A stretch of DNA of 64,000 nt from Antedon mediterranea (Eukaryota > Animalia > Echinodermata), in the NCBI RefSeq assembly GCF_964355755.1, contig NC_092672.1, positions 30,262,437 through 30,326,436 on the forward strand. The letters run 5' to 3'. This document shows positions 36,201-51,200 of the stretch, in pieces; the first letter of the stretch is position 1; each line of letters starts with the position of its first letter. A model generated the notes under the pieces. It ran no database searches and was not told the origin of the DNA. It was given only the letters and a program-made list of their open reading frames with translations. A program made the translations under genes and the position numbers.

Positions 36201-39200
36201 AAGTAAAGAATAAAGATGATTAGGAAGTTTATTCACAATATTATCAAACACTGTTAATTGACAGATTGAAGTTAATATAACAACATAAAATTAATGTTAT
36301 TTTACCTCTCCGAATTCACCCACTGAGAAAGCATAAAAAGGACAACTGCTAACTAGACCAGTAATATAACAGTTCTCTTCTGTGATTTGTTTTACTTCTC
36401 CTTGTGCAATACATTCAGTCTCATCTACTTCAATTTGTGTGCCCATAACACAAATGGCATCTCTGGTTCTGACAGAGTTTGGTCCACATGTCTCGGAACA
36501 CTGTAAATGGTAATTGATCGGTTTTGGTAAATATGTGATTGTGTACAGATGCCTACTTTAAAGAGACATCAAATCCAATTGAAGGAATTACTGCCAGTTT
36601 GTGGAAGACATACACATAGGCAGGAGGATACTCGAGTGTATTTTTCAACTGATATTTGGTTGGTAAAATTCTATTATCAGAGAGTAAAAACAGAGAGTAT
36701 CTGCAACTTTGCGTCCATATGAGGTTAGACATTGATTGGATTTCTTTTTGAACGTGACTAGTCTGTACTAGAAAGACATTGGTAATGCTGTTTGGCAAAA
36801 TGGGATAACAAATTAGTCAGTATCGGTTATTATTATAAATCGCATTGGAATCAACTTACCGATGACCAACCAGTGTAAAAGTAGAAGTATCCAGGACACG
36901 TTATTGGTACATCTGAACATGTTTCAATGCTGGCGGGCATGGGGCCACAGTTGCTGAAGTCGGCAGGGTTCCCAGTCTGTGTCTCAACACATTCTACAGA
37001 ACGCGTTCTTTGCACATTAGGTCCGCAACTGGCAGAGCACTATATTAAGAATAGAGCAGATGTTATTGTTTTGTAAAAACGTTGGAGAAATAGTAGTAGT
37101 AGTAGTTAGTAGTGGTGGTGGTAGTAGTAACATCACGAAGATGCATATGTTTCGCACAATGGTCCAACCTTGATTAACACTTCAACATATAAAATGATCT
37201 CTCTTGGATTAGGTGAAGAATGTCTTTATGTCAAATGTGTTGATGCTTAGATGTATTTAAAATATATGTATAAGTAAGATTGAAAAACATAAACACTTAC
37301 AGCAGACCATGCTCCTGTAATGTATTCATGCAGGATTGGACAGTCTGGATATCCACATGATTCTACGGTTTGTGGCTGAGTTCCTGTACACAGTGTAATA
37401 TCCACGAATGTTCCTGTGCCAACGATTTGACAGAATAACTCTCTTTGACGGAAAGCATCAGTTCCACACGTTTCTGAACACTATGATAAATATATTAAAC
37501 CATGATTAATACAATTGCGTATACGACAGGATATAATCTAGTGCAGTGCAAGACTATATAAACCTCTGTGATTTTAATAACAATGATAAACACTTACAGA
37601 TCCGTATTCTCCAGTTACGTATTCGTATTTTAATAGACAGTCCTCGAGAACACATGTCTCTAGTGTGCTTGGTTGTTCTAAACCGTCGCAATATGACGCG
37701 TCAACGGGGAAGCTAGTTGTAGACACCAGATAACATGTTAGTGTTCCTGTTCTTGTTCCCGCGCCACATGTTACTGAACACTATGAATGTAAAGGGTATT
37801 TGTATTAGTTTTATTACTGTAACACAAACTTTCTAAAATTATAACAACTTTAGCAATTTACCATTTCCTTATAATACACGATTTTAGTCCAGATAAAATA
37901 TTGTAACAATGTTTGTGCAAAACGTACCTCTGACCAATCGGTGACCTGAAATTCAAATTGAAGTTCATTAGGACAGACTGAAATCGAACAGGTCTGAGTT
38001 GTAGAAATGGGTGTCAATGCTGAGCAAAATACGTCATCAACTACTATTCCAGATAATGCATCTTGACACGTGACTATACGTGTTTGGGTTCCGACATCGC
38101 AGGTTGTAGAGCACTGGAGAGAGAACAAAACATGATTATTATGGAAAATAGATTATTCTAAAAATCATGATGTAATAATTTCAAATCATTAGTGTAAATA
38201 GCAAACGAAAGTAAACTTACCGTAGACCATTCACTAGCAACGTATTCATTCAGGGTTGGACAGTCTGGATATCCACACAATTCTACGCTCTCTGGCCGAG
38301 TTCCTGTACACAGTGTAAGGTCGACAAATGTTCCTGTTCCAATAATTTGACAAAATAACGCTCTTTCGCGGTAAGCATCAGTTCCACAGGTTGCTGAACA
38401 CTACAAGTAATACAATAATTCATTAATGTGTATACAATATTAGATTACCATTTTGTTTGCACTGTTATTGCCATAGACTCCCTATGCCTTTGTAGAATGT
38501 AATTCAGTTTTTGTAAAGTTACATGATAAATGCTGCAAAACTTACAGATCCGTATTGTCCAGTTACGTATTCGTATTCTGTTGGACATTCGCCAAGAACA
38601 CAGGCCTCTACTGTAGTTGGTTGTTGTAATCCTGTACAATACGACGCATCGACAGGGAAGGAACTGGTAGACACGAGGTAGTAACATTGTAATGTACCTG
38701 TTCTGATTCCTGAACCACAAGTCACTGAGCACTATTGGAGTGAACATGATAAGAGTTAGCATTTTGTAGGAAATTCTACTGAAGAAAGTTTCTACTGAAG
38801 CTACTACTGCATACTTCTAATAAATGGCATACATGTTTTTTGAAACAGTAATTTCTGACACAATGATGAACATTTTACCTCAGACCAATCAATTACTTGG
38901 TATTCAAAAACAAGGCAGCTGGAAAATGTACATGTCTGAGTTTCCAAGGGAGGTGTCAAACCTGAGCAAAACCCACCATCAACGACTGCCCTGGATAGTG
39001 CTTCTTGACATGTGACAGTTCGTGTTTGGATGCCATTTCCACACGTTACAGAACACTAAAAATGATAATAATATACATGATTAATCTATTTTGAATGACG
39101 TCAAGTTTATCTGTAGTAATTGGAAACATATTACTACAGGTATCTAAAATGTCAACAGAAATCACTCGGTTAAAGGCACCATTTAAAGATGACGATTGCG

Positions 39201-42200
39201 GCAGAAACAGCGGAAGACAAAGCAACAGAATATAAGTAACATCGAAATGAACTTACTGCAGACCATTCACCAGCAACATATTCATACACTGGACAGTCTG
39301 GATATCCACACAATTCCACCGTCTGTGGTGGAGTTCCTGTACAAAGTGTAAGGTCGACAACGGTTTGATTTCCAATGATTTGACAGGATAACTCTCTTCC
39401 ACGGAAAGCATCACTTCCACACGTTGCTGAACACTACAGTATAAGAAATATAATATAACCTAATTATGTGTTCTTTGAAGAAAATTTTCTTCAAAAAAGT
39501 ATTTAATACTGTGGTATTTAATACTGTAGTAGTAGTAGTTAACAATACTGCAAACACTTACGGATCCGTATTGTCCAGTTACGTATTCATATTCTTCTAC
39601 TGGACACTCTCCAAGAACGCAGGCCTCTACTGTACTTGGTTGTTGCAGTCCTGCACAATATGATCCATCAACTGGGAAATCAATGGTACCTGACAGGTAG
39701 TAACACTGTAATGTACCAGTTCTGATTCCTGAGCCACAAGTTACTGAGCACTACAAATGGAAGTGAAAATTAGTTTACAATCTAGTAAAGTGTTTGTAAC
39801 TATTGCAATTAAAAGTACAGCACAAATAACTGTCATCAAGTTTGTGAAACAATAGCAGATACATTACCTCTGACCAATCAATTACTCGATATTCAAACAC
39901 TGGGCAGCTGGAAAGTGAACATGTCTGGGTTGTGGAGAGAGTTGTTAATCCTGAACATAATTGGTTATCAACAGTTAGACCAGTTAATACTTCTTGACAT
40001 GTCACTGGTCGTGTTTGGACGCCATTTCCACAGGTCACAGAACACTACAAAGAAAAACAGATAGTAATATAAACTAGATCTACTAAAATGAGGGTGTGTG
40101 CTTATGTAGCCTGTCCATATCAGACATGTCAAATGACTTTTAGAGAAAAAGATTTTAATGTCAACGTTGTCTTTGATTAGAATAAAAAAGGAAAAGGAAT
40201 TACCGTAGACCATTCTCCCTCGACATATGTATACAGGATAGGACAGTCTGGATATCCACATGATTCTACGGTTTGTGGCTGAGCTCCTGAACACAGTGTA
40301 AGGTCGACAAACGTTTCTGTTCCAACGATTTGACAGAACAACTCTCTTTGACGGAAAGCATCACTTCCACATGTTACTGAACACTGTAAGAAATATAATA
40401 CTAACCTCGATTATGTGTTCTTTAAACAAAATATTGATGCAACGCTATTGTTCATAAACGCAACGTTTTATTTGAAGTTTAAAAACAATTACTGTAAGCA
40501 CTTACAGGTCCGTATTGTCCAGTTACGTATTCGTATTCTATTGAACATTCGCCAAGAACACAGGCCTCTACTGTACTTGGTTGTTGCAATTCAGTACAAT
40601 ATGACGCATCTATGGGGAAGCTAAGAGTATCCGACAGGTAGTAACATTGTAATGTGCCTGTTCTGATTCCTGAGCCACAAGTTACTGAACACTATGAAAG
40701 TGAAAATATTTATGAGTTAGTCAACTGTGTGCTGAAGCTTCTTTTGAATTAACGTTTAAGTATAAACTGTGTTTATTATTAAAACATTCTTGCTTTTGCA
40801 ATGAAAATACAAACTCATGTCACGTGTTTCAACACAAATAGTTTTCAGTACTTTCTAAAAATGATCTAAAAACTTTACCTCTGTCCAATCAATTACTTGA
40901 TATTCAAACACAGGGCAGCTGGAGAGTGAACATGTCTGAGTTGTGGAGGGAGTTGTCAATCCTGAACACAATTGGTTGTCAACGGCTATTCCTGTTAATA
41001 CTTCTTGACACGTGAATGAGCGTGTTTGGATTCCATCACCACAGGTTACAGAACACTAGAAAAAGAGCAAGAATTGCAAATAAATTGTACATATAATGAT
41101 ACTGTCGAACTATGCTGGAGTTTCGTTTGAATTAAAGTTGATTAACTACAGAATATGTAGTTAGCATAGCATCGCTGTTTTGATTAGATGATGTTATGTG
41201 TGCAAATGATATTCATTTCATTTACCGATCCATATTCTCCGGTAACGTATTCGTATTCAACAGCTGGACAAGTCTCAAGATTACAAGTTTCAACAGTGTT
41301 TGGTTGCTGCAATCCTTCGCAATACGATTCGTCAACAGAGAAACTATTGGTAGCCACTATGTAACACTCTACTGTTGCTACTCTTCTTCCTGCACCGCAG
41401 CTTACTGAACACTATGGTGATATAAAAACAGAATAATTAATTTATGCTAAAAGTTTGTTGGAAAGAAAAAGAAAAGAATTTTCTAATACGATTAGTTTTG
41501 CCATAAAGTGTCAGTGAAATATGTTAGCGCTTACCTCTGACCAATCAGTGACTCGATATTCGAAAACAAGACACTCTGAAAGTGAACACGTCTGAGTTGT
41601 TGGGAGAGATGTCAATTCTGAACACAACCCATCATCAACTTCTACTCCAGATACTACTTCCCGACACGTGACTATGCGTGTTTGTGTACCACCACCACAA
41701 CTTACAGAACACTAAAAAGAAACAATAGATGTTGTTATAAATTTATTGGAACGATAATCCGTCTTTGTGCACGAATGTAGCAAAACAAATGTATTTTAAG
41801 AAAGGCATTTTAAGTTAAGGCAGGTTCCTTTTTATAGTTCAAACTTTATTCAGAATTGAATAAATTCAAGACAGAGAAACCACATACATAAGACAGATAA
41901 GAAAATGAAGTTACCGTAGACCATTCACCCGCAATGTATTCGTACACGATCGGAACTGGACAGTCTGGATATCCACATGATTCTACCCTTTGTGGCTGAG
42001 TTCCTGTACACAGTGTAAGGTCGACAATTGTTCCTGTTCCAGCGATTTGACAGAATAACTCTCTTTCACGGTAAGCATCAGTTCCACACGTTGCTGAACA
42101 CTATAAGAAATAGTATAATCGACTTAGTATAATATATTCTTTGATGAAAACATGGCAGTGTCATTGTTTATAAACTCATATTGCAATGGGAATATATCCT

Positions 42201-45200
42201 TTCTATGTTACGTTGATAAGAAGTAAATACTTACAGATCCATATTGGCCAGTTACGTATTCGTATTCTACTGGACATTCCCCAAGGTCACAAGTCTCTAC
42301 TGTATCTGGTTGTGGCAGTCCAATACAATATGATTCAACAACAGGGAACATATTAGAATCTGACACATAATAACACTGCAAGCTACCAGTTCTGTTTCCT
42401 GAACCACAAGTCACTGAGCACTATGGAAGTAAACATTACAATGATTTGGTCAATACTGTGTACTTAATCGCTCGGTGTAATATCTTACGAAGACATACAC
42501 CACTTTATTTAAGCTTGGTTCCCACTAGAACGTAACGCAAGGACGTAAACGCAACGTAAGCGTTTTAACCAATGACAAGCGAAGTTATAGACAGTTAGCA
42601 ATCACAAGCGAATAAGCCATTGCTTGTGATTGGTCAATTCATTTGCGTTGCGTTACGTCCTTGTGTTGCGTCGCTAGTGGGAACCACGCTTTATGTACAA
42701 TCGTGTTCGGTAGGTAAATATCTTTAAAATATAGAAACCTTACCTCTGACCAATCAATTGTTTGATATTCAAAAACAAGGCAGCTAGAGAGTGAACATGT
42801 CTGAACTGTCGAAGGAGTTGTCAATCCTGAACACAATTGGTCATCAACAGTTACACCAGATAATACTTCTTGACACATGAATGAGCGTGTTTGGATGCCA
42901 TCACCGCACGTTACAGAACACTGAAGAGAGAAAAAAGGAATTACAAATACATTCGGACTGAGGAATTGTTCAATATTTAATTCATTTCAAAAATAAGTGT
43001 TGCTCTTGAAGTGTGAGGTTGTTGCAACCATATATAGTTATATGATTCTTTTTACGTTGATATGAAGCAAAATATTTACCGTAGACCATTCACCAGTAAT
43101 GTATTCATACAGGATTGGACAGTCTGGATATCCACATGATTCGACCGTTTGTGGCCGAGTTCCTGAACACAGTGTAATTTCCACAATTGTTCCTGTTCCA
43201 ACGATTAGACAGAATAACTCTCTTTCCCGGTAAGCACCAGTTCCACACGTTTCTGAACACTTTAATAAATTATGATTTAAATATTATGAAAGACTGATAT
43301 GCACTTGAGATTTAATATACAACACTTTTTTTAATTGAACATCATTTTATATTATATATGTTTGAAAATAATATTCATTTCATTTACCGATCCATATTCT
43401 CCGGTTACGTATTCGTATTCAACAACTGGACAAGTCCCAAGATTACATGACTCAACAGTGGTTGGTTGCTGCAATCCTTCACAATACGATTCGTCAACAG
43501 GGAAACTGTTGGTAGCCACTATGTAACACTCTACTAATGTTGCTACTCTGCTTCCTGCACCGCAACTTACTGAACACTGCGATTGTATAGAAATAGAATA
43601 ATTACTTTTTACTACAAATTTGTTGGAAAGAAAAAAGGAACGGAATTTTATATTAAGATAATAAGAATAAATTTTACTTAAAGTGTAAGAGTGAAATTTG
43701 TGGAGGCTTACCTCTGACCAATCAGTGACTCGGTATTCGAAAACAAGACACCCTGAAAGTGAACATGTCTGAGTTGTTGAAGGAGCTGTCAATCCTGAAC
43801 AAAACCCTTCATCAACTGCTACCCCGGATAACACACCGGATACTACTTCCTGACACGTGACTATGCGTGTTTGAGTACCATTGCCACAAGTTACGGGACA
43901 CTAACAAGAAAAGGAAATACATTATTGACCGACTTAGTTACAGTACAGATAATTAGATGTCTGTTATCTTTTGGTATTTGGGTACTAACTTGAGAAAAAA
44001 ACCAAGAAACTTACTGAAGACCATTCACTAGCAACATATTCATACACTGGGCAGTCTGGATATCCACACAATTCTGTACTCGCTGGTGCAGTTCCTGAAC
44101 ACAAGCCACTATCAACATTGGTTTCTGTGCCAACAACTCTGCAAATAACATCTCTTTCTCGATACGCTTCAGTTCCACAAGTTTCTGAACACTATAAGAT
44201 CAGTATTGTATTAAATGACTATTGATAGTTAACTCCGCCTAGGACGTTATTTGTGGTTTTAAAATTACCTGTTATGTATTGACCATGATTTACCAAAAAG
44301 TAACACGCAGCATACTGTAGTACTGTAGTTTCAAATGCCTTTTTAAATGAATGTCACGTGTTCAAATTTTGTTTGTGCAAATACTTTAATTGTTTTCTTT
44401 GGCAGAAGATGACAAATGTAGCAGAATATGGAACATTTTTTTTATTGTGGTAAGCATTTTAGTCGCGTGCTACGCGACTCTACAACTCACTATGCCCGTC
44501 GGTTGGTCGGTCGGTAAACACTAACTTGAGCACGCGACTGCAGCCATGTATATGGCCTTGTTTAAATGAATTAAGAAATTATACATGATAATGTAAATGT
44601 ACTTACATCACTCCATTCTCCGATGAAAAAGAAATATTCCAAAGGACACTCGATGATCTGGCACGCCTGGGTTGATTCAATCACTCCCAGTCCACTCTCA
44701 AAACAAGTATTCAAGCTAACCTCTATGAAGGTCTCTAAGTTACGGCATTGAACCATTCTTTCTTGACTTCCAACTCCGCATGTGGCTGAACACTGAAAAT
44801 GATTGAGTTGAATATGATATTAAGTCTAGTCTCTACATTTTCAAAGTATGGTAATTTTTCTGGCAGCTACCACCATTGATTTACTTTTGATAGTAATTTA
44901 ATGTAATAGATTGTCATTATTACTTACTGTAGACCACCCGCTAACAAAATAGTCGTACAAGAGAGGACAGTCTGGATATGCACATGATTCCATTGTCTGT
45001 GGCGGAGTTCCTGAACACAATCCTATGTCCACATTGGTATCTGTGCCAACGATTTGACAGAATAGCTCTCTTTGACGGACAGCATCAAATCCACACGTTG
45101 CTGAACACTGGAAACAGAAAGTGAACATAGTGATAATGTACATACACTCTCCAAAATACTAATTAGTTATTACTTTATATTGTTATTTAATTATTATTTA

Positions 45201-48200
45201 TATATTGCTCTATGAAAAAGGTGACTTTGAAAAAGAGAAAGCCGCCGTAGATATTTGTCACCATTAGGCCCACGTAAACTAGATTTGTATACCCACACTG
45301 CTCCATTCTGAAACAAGATACTGGTATTCTGCGCAAGAACTGGCGATACATGCCTGGATACTGGAAACCTCACCGAGGCCATAGTTAATACAAAACAAGA
45401 CGTCGACAGATGCCAGAGTACTGTCGTCTTGGCATGTTACTGATCTTGCTTGTGTATTGGTATCACAAGAACACTGCAACAAATTCGTGGATATTAAAAT
45501 TAAAAGTAGGTAGAAAACCACCTGCATATTATGCAGATCATGCTGTCCCTATACTGTGTAAAGTGTAATGACCTCCTCTATTTACTATTCTACTACAAAG
45601 TGTTTTCACTTCACAAAAAGTAGAAACTATTCAAAAATACTTATGTTATTAAAGTGAACGAATCAGTTCGTTAAGCTTGGTTTACACAAGACGTAAGGAC
45701 AAATCACAAGCGTGAATTATTCGAACTGTCGCTTGTCATCGGTCAACTCGCTTGCGTTGCGTCTACGTGTTAGTGGAACCAAACTTTAAAAAAGTTATCG
45801 AGAAGATTGAAATACTAATACGCGCATGCTCATAACTTGTTCATTTGATTCTCGCGAATAGTTAATCTAACCGTCTGACATATTGCTTTACCTGAATATA
45901 TATATATATATATATACTTACTTCACCCCAACTTCCAATCAAGTATGAATAAGAGACTACACACTCCGGGAATGAGCATTCTTGAGTTGTGGATACCACC
46001 CCGAGTCCATTTTCAGCGCATGTATTGACATCAACAAACGTATTAGTATTTATGTCAAGGCATTCAACAGTTCTGTTTTTATATCCTGAACCACACGTGA
46101 CCGGGCACTGAAATGAAAATTAATTTATTAATCAGAACTAAATTAAAATTTACTAATTTTTGAAACATTTATTTGTAGTTAAATGTGTTGTAGATTGTGT
46201 TTTCTAACGGATATTACAGTTGTCAGTCTGTGACATCTAGACAATGCAATGGAACAATTATTGTGTGTAGGAATTGCATACATTGACATTTTGTCACACA
46301 TGGCGTGTCATACCGCTAGAAGCGACACTCAAATAAAATCAAAACGCATTCTATTTGCGCTATAATGAAAAGAAACAAGCATTAGTGCCTAAGATACTTC
46401 CAAGATTAAAAAAATGGGTACATGGTCCACATACAATGGAAATGCATTGTTCTTGACATAATTTTAATTTTGTCAAAACTACAAAAAAATACATCAAATT
46501 GAAAAAACGCTAGGCATATATGCCAATTGTTAAGATACTAATGAATACAAAGAACGACGCACAGTAATAAAATGAAACTTTATAGGCAATTATACTGTTT
46601 AAAAGTGGTTGATAAGACACGGCAAGTGAGCTGTGTGTAAGGTCTGCACCAAGTGGGTTTTACCTCTTGATTATAATAATAATAATAATAAACAGTATTT
46701 ATATAGCGCCTAATGGATCACTGACCCCTCTAGGTGCTTTACATTAGACCTTAACTAATGGTAATAAACTATCCCCCGCCGGACACCATTCCAGTATTTC
46801 TTAGTCGAGGTTTCGGGGATTATTTATATTTAAATTGATATTTTGTTTACTTTGAAATGATAAGAAATAAATGTTATGATGATGATGATGATGATGATCT
46901 TCCTTAGATTAAATTAAAGTTATTAGTTATTATTCTTTATTTTGGTCCAATATATAAAAACATACATCAGAAATTCCTCTTATATACACTGCAGAGATAG
47001 TAACAAATATACATACAAAATACAAATCAATATAAATTCACATATAAAATATCAAAAATATAAAATATCCGTGATGCCCCTGATAATATCTGCTATGTCT
47101 GTACCATACTATTCCACTTACCGCACTGAACTCGCTGACATCATATTCATAGGCTCCGCCTGGACAGCTAACGGATTCACATTGTTCACTGGTGTAGAAG
47201 CCTTCCAAACTAAGTCCCTCACAGAATGAATAATCCACGACAGTGCCACTCTGCGTCTCTTGACAGTAGACTACGCGAGTACGAGTTGCATCTCCACATG
47301 TTCTTGAACACTTTAAGATAAAATCATGAATATGAAAGTTTTGTGTTTTATGACGCGCAAAAAATGTCATGGTAATACTTATTGCATAATATTATTTAAG
47401 ATCGTTACATTTTAGTAAACATGCCCATATTCTAGTTGCGTAAATCCAGAGATGATATATTCTTGGAATGTGATTGTCCAATCACTGTCTTTTTAGTTGA
47501 GTATGAAAGCCTGGCTGACTCCGCCTTCCTGAACAGAATAGTCAAAACAGTTTTTCCTCCGGCCCATTCAACTCATAACCATCATTAATTGTACCCTAAT
47601 AGTATATTCAAGTTATCAATAATTATCACTTACTTCTGACCAATCAGTTGTTCCAAATTCATAGGTAATCACAGCGCATGCTGGAACATTACATAGTTCT
47701 TCGGTGATGGCATTGACAAATGACGGCGATGAGGCACACAGTACAATATCAACAGTTTCCAAAGTGTCTGCATTTCGGCAGGAGACTTCTCTTGTACGGT
47801 AAGATAACCCACATGTTTCACTGCACTATATAATGGAGACCAACAATAACTTATGTTAATAGTATAAACATATTCTTTGCATTGGTGCATTAATCAGAGA
47901 AATCTGTCTTTTTAATAGGAATTGGTCGATGATTTTACGGAGAAATATACAATAAACTCATAGTTCTGTGCGATAGATTCTGATGTAAATTTGTATTACA
48001 GTAGGGCTCCTATTAAGGTAAGAACAACAAAGGTTAAAAGTATAACTTTCAGATTACTTATTATATTTAATCACATACTAGGCCTATATACAGGATTGTA
48101 ATCTTCTCATGCACTGACAATGCACAATCTTACATTCGCGAGTAAAGTAACATAGAAATTAGATATTCTTCCGGGGAAAGATTTGCATTTATCGATAGAT

Positions 48201-51200
48201 TGAAACCATGGAGTATTGAAACTGTGCTTAAAAGTTACCGTAAACCTCCGTGTTTCAGTAATAGTTGGAAATAAATAAATGAATTAAACTTACATCTCCA
48301 AACTCTGTAAGATAATATTCATAAGTAGATATTTCAACAGGACAGCTTGGAAGCCCTGTGCAAACTTCTTGTGAGCTTTCAACTGATAGACCAGAACAAA
48401 GGTCATCGGACACGAGACGATCCGTTTCAACTTCTCGACATTCCACATCACGTGATCTGAACGAACTGCCACAAGTAGCCGAGCACTAAAATATATAAAA
48501 CGCAACTATGTTATGTAATGTTAATGGTGTTTTTAGACCTAGCTCTGTATCGTTTGGCTCTAAGTCGTAGGCGTACTAACTGGCACTGCAGTTACATTTG
48601 GAGTTAATTAACATCTGCTAACAAATTGTATCCGCTTACAAATGTTGTATTAAGGGTGTTTTTACGAACCAAAGTTAGCGTAACTTTGCACATGATGAAA
48701 ATGATGAATACCTTGATAAATATTAAAACAAACTGTACATATTCGAGAAGCAAGTGAACGGCAGATTCAAAAGAAAAAAACAATAATACTTCAGATATCC
48801 ACATACCTAAATTTAAATACAAAATGCTAGCAGTGACATTTTTAAAAATAGTGCAAATAAATCTAGAATTTGAATTGTACTAAAATGAATATCTTACTTC
48901 TTCCCATTGTCCTGTGAAGTAATAGTATGTGACGCAGTCAACTTCTCTGCATTCTTGTGTTGTGTCGACAAGCTCTAGATTTGCACAAAATTCTAGATCT
49001 ACGGTCATTCCCGACTCTACTAATTTACATGTCACTGAGCCTGTCTGTACTCCAGTTCCACAGGTCACTGAACACTGTTAAAAATACAAAGCATATTTAT
49101 TAAAATTATGAAAACTTTCGTATTAAAAAAAATGATATTAAACGTGTACAGTTAGAAATGAAAGTATATGCAGTCGATTTTCAGAGCCTGGAACCAACAA
49201 AACAGTGTCGAGGAATCCAGTGAGAGAAACGTGTCAATTTTTGCTCATGCGCGCGCACAATGTATTAACATGACTGTTCCTTTGGAAGTAGAAACCTAAA
49301 CCCATTAAAATCTGCTCTAGGCGAATGTGTTGGCAGGCATCCATTTCCTAAGCTCTGATTGATTGCGTAATTTTAGCTTCCCAAAAAGTAGAAACTATTC
49401 GAATACAGTTTAGCTGAAGTAAAAACTCAAGGAACTCGCAGAAAAGGATTTGGAAGATGGAAATGTGAATACGCATGCGTAAAAGCTGACGCTTCCGATT
49501 GGTGCAAAAAAAGAAACCAGTCTCCTTAATAGATAAAAATGGCACTTACCTCGCTCCATGAAACGACTTCAAACGCATATTCATCTATAATTTCATCAGA
49601 ACAAGGTTGAAGATTACATGTCTCCTCAATGGCAATGTTACCCAATTCAATACAATTGTTTAGGCTGTCTTCAATAAGACCGGTCACTGTGTTCCTACAC
49701 TCTACCGTTCGTGTCATGAATCCTAGGCCACACGACATGGTACACTGAAATAAATTAATTGAAGAATCGTAGTAGTCTAGACCTTTTTTAATCATTAAGA
49801 CATTGGTGAGACACCATAAAAGGAGTTGATGCGTGTCATTATGTTAATTATATACGTTTTCTAATGCTAATGTTACACTCTAATGTGGCCATTTACAGAT
49901 TATTTATTTCAAGAGAGTTTTAAGAATTATTTTCTTTGGTTTAAGACCTTGTCTCTGATGTTAAAAAAAAACACATGTTAATCTTACTTCACTCCATTCA
50001 CCAATGACGTATTCATGACCAGAGGAAGAGACTGTCCCGCATTCGCTTAAACCACACGGTTCAGTTGTTTCAGGTAACGTCAGTGAATCACAGTTACTCA
50101 AGTCTTCGGCATTACCCGTGTCTACACTGATACAAGTCAACTCACGTGAACGGTACGCGTCGGTTCCACACGTTGCTGAGCACTATATGAATAATAAAAA
50201 TAATCTTTACTGATAGTTACGTTACGAAAAAACTTTCGTAATGATTATATAATCGTTTCTACCTGTCCAGCTTACGGTGTATATACCTATTTACCTAATA
50301 ATCCTTGCTTTTACTCGGATGGCATTTAATCGGTGAACATTAACTTATTTGCATGAAAATTAAGATAACTTCGCATAAATGCGTTCTTAGATTATTTTAT
50401 ACCGGGTAAATATGATATTTATCTTCCAATAAGATTAAGATTACAATATTAAAAAAATATTTCTACTTTTATTCTAGATATTCTTTCAATTTCGAGATCT
50501 ACAATAGCCGAGGAGTTGTTGATAGCCGAGTGGTTAGGACACTTGACTGTCATACAGATAGACCCGGGTTCAATTCCCGACAACTAACAGTCCACTCAGC
50601 TGTAAATGAGTACCTGGTTGAAAATACTAGGGAGTAAAAAGGCGGCGTGGAAAGGAACTCGCCACCCTACCACATAATGCCGAGGCTTAGTAAAATGAGC
50701 TCCTAACAGCATATTCCCCTACGTTCAGAGAACACGGGACTTGCCTTTACAACACACTAGGCCTATTGTGAAAAGTTGTTATGTCGAAAGTCATCTAACA
50801 TTGAATTGGGTGTGAACTCATAACAAACCGTTTGGGGCGCTAATTGTGCTTATTACACGCAGTGCTTTACCGTACCAGCTAATAATTCCTGGCGTATATA
50901 TTATTTCAAACGCGAGTTTTCTACATTATTAACATTAAAATAGTACACTAATCAACTTGAAGTATAATACAGTAGGCTACTTCACTAAATATAAAGGCCA
51001 ATGTGATAGCATTCATGATTTTAGCAATTACTAAGGAAATGTATTTATTTATATATATTTATATATTATTTAGTTGATAGGTGGTTAAATGTTTACCATA
51101 ATACTCTGACGTAGCCTAATTGTTTGTACTTTATTCTGAGTACAGTATATTGATACAACAGTAAGTCTAGAATGGGACATATTGGGTATATATTTAATTA

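Noticed and set aside
37301-44191. Regularly spaced repeats with unique spacers
   Set aside because: These are TSP1 exons separated by GT-AG introns, not a CRISPR-like or recombination-cassette array; no recombination signal sequences were seen.
50515-50585. Possible tRNA-Asp gene
   Set aside because: No proper acceptor stem or terminator; it continues into a SINE body.
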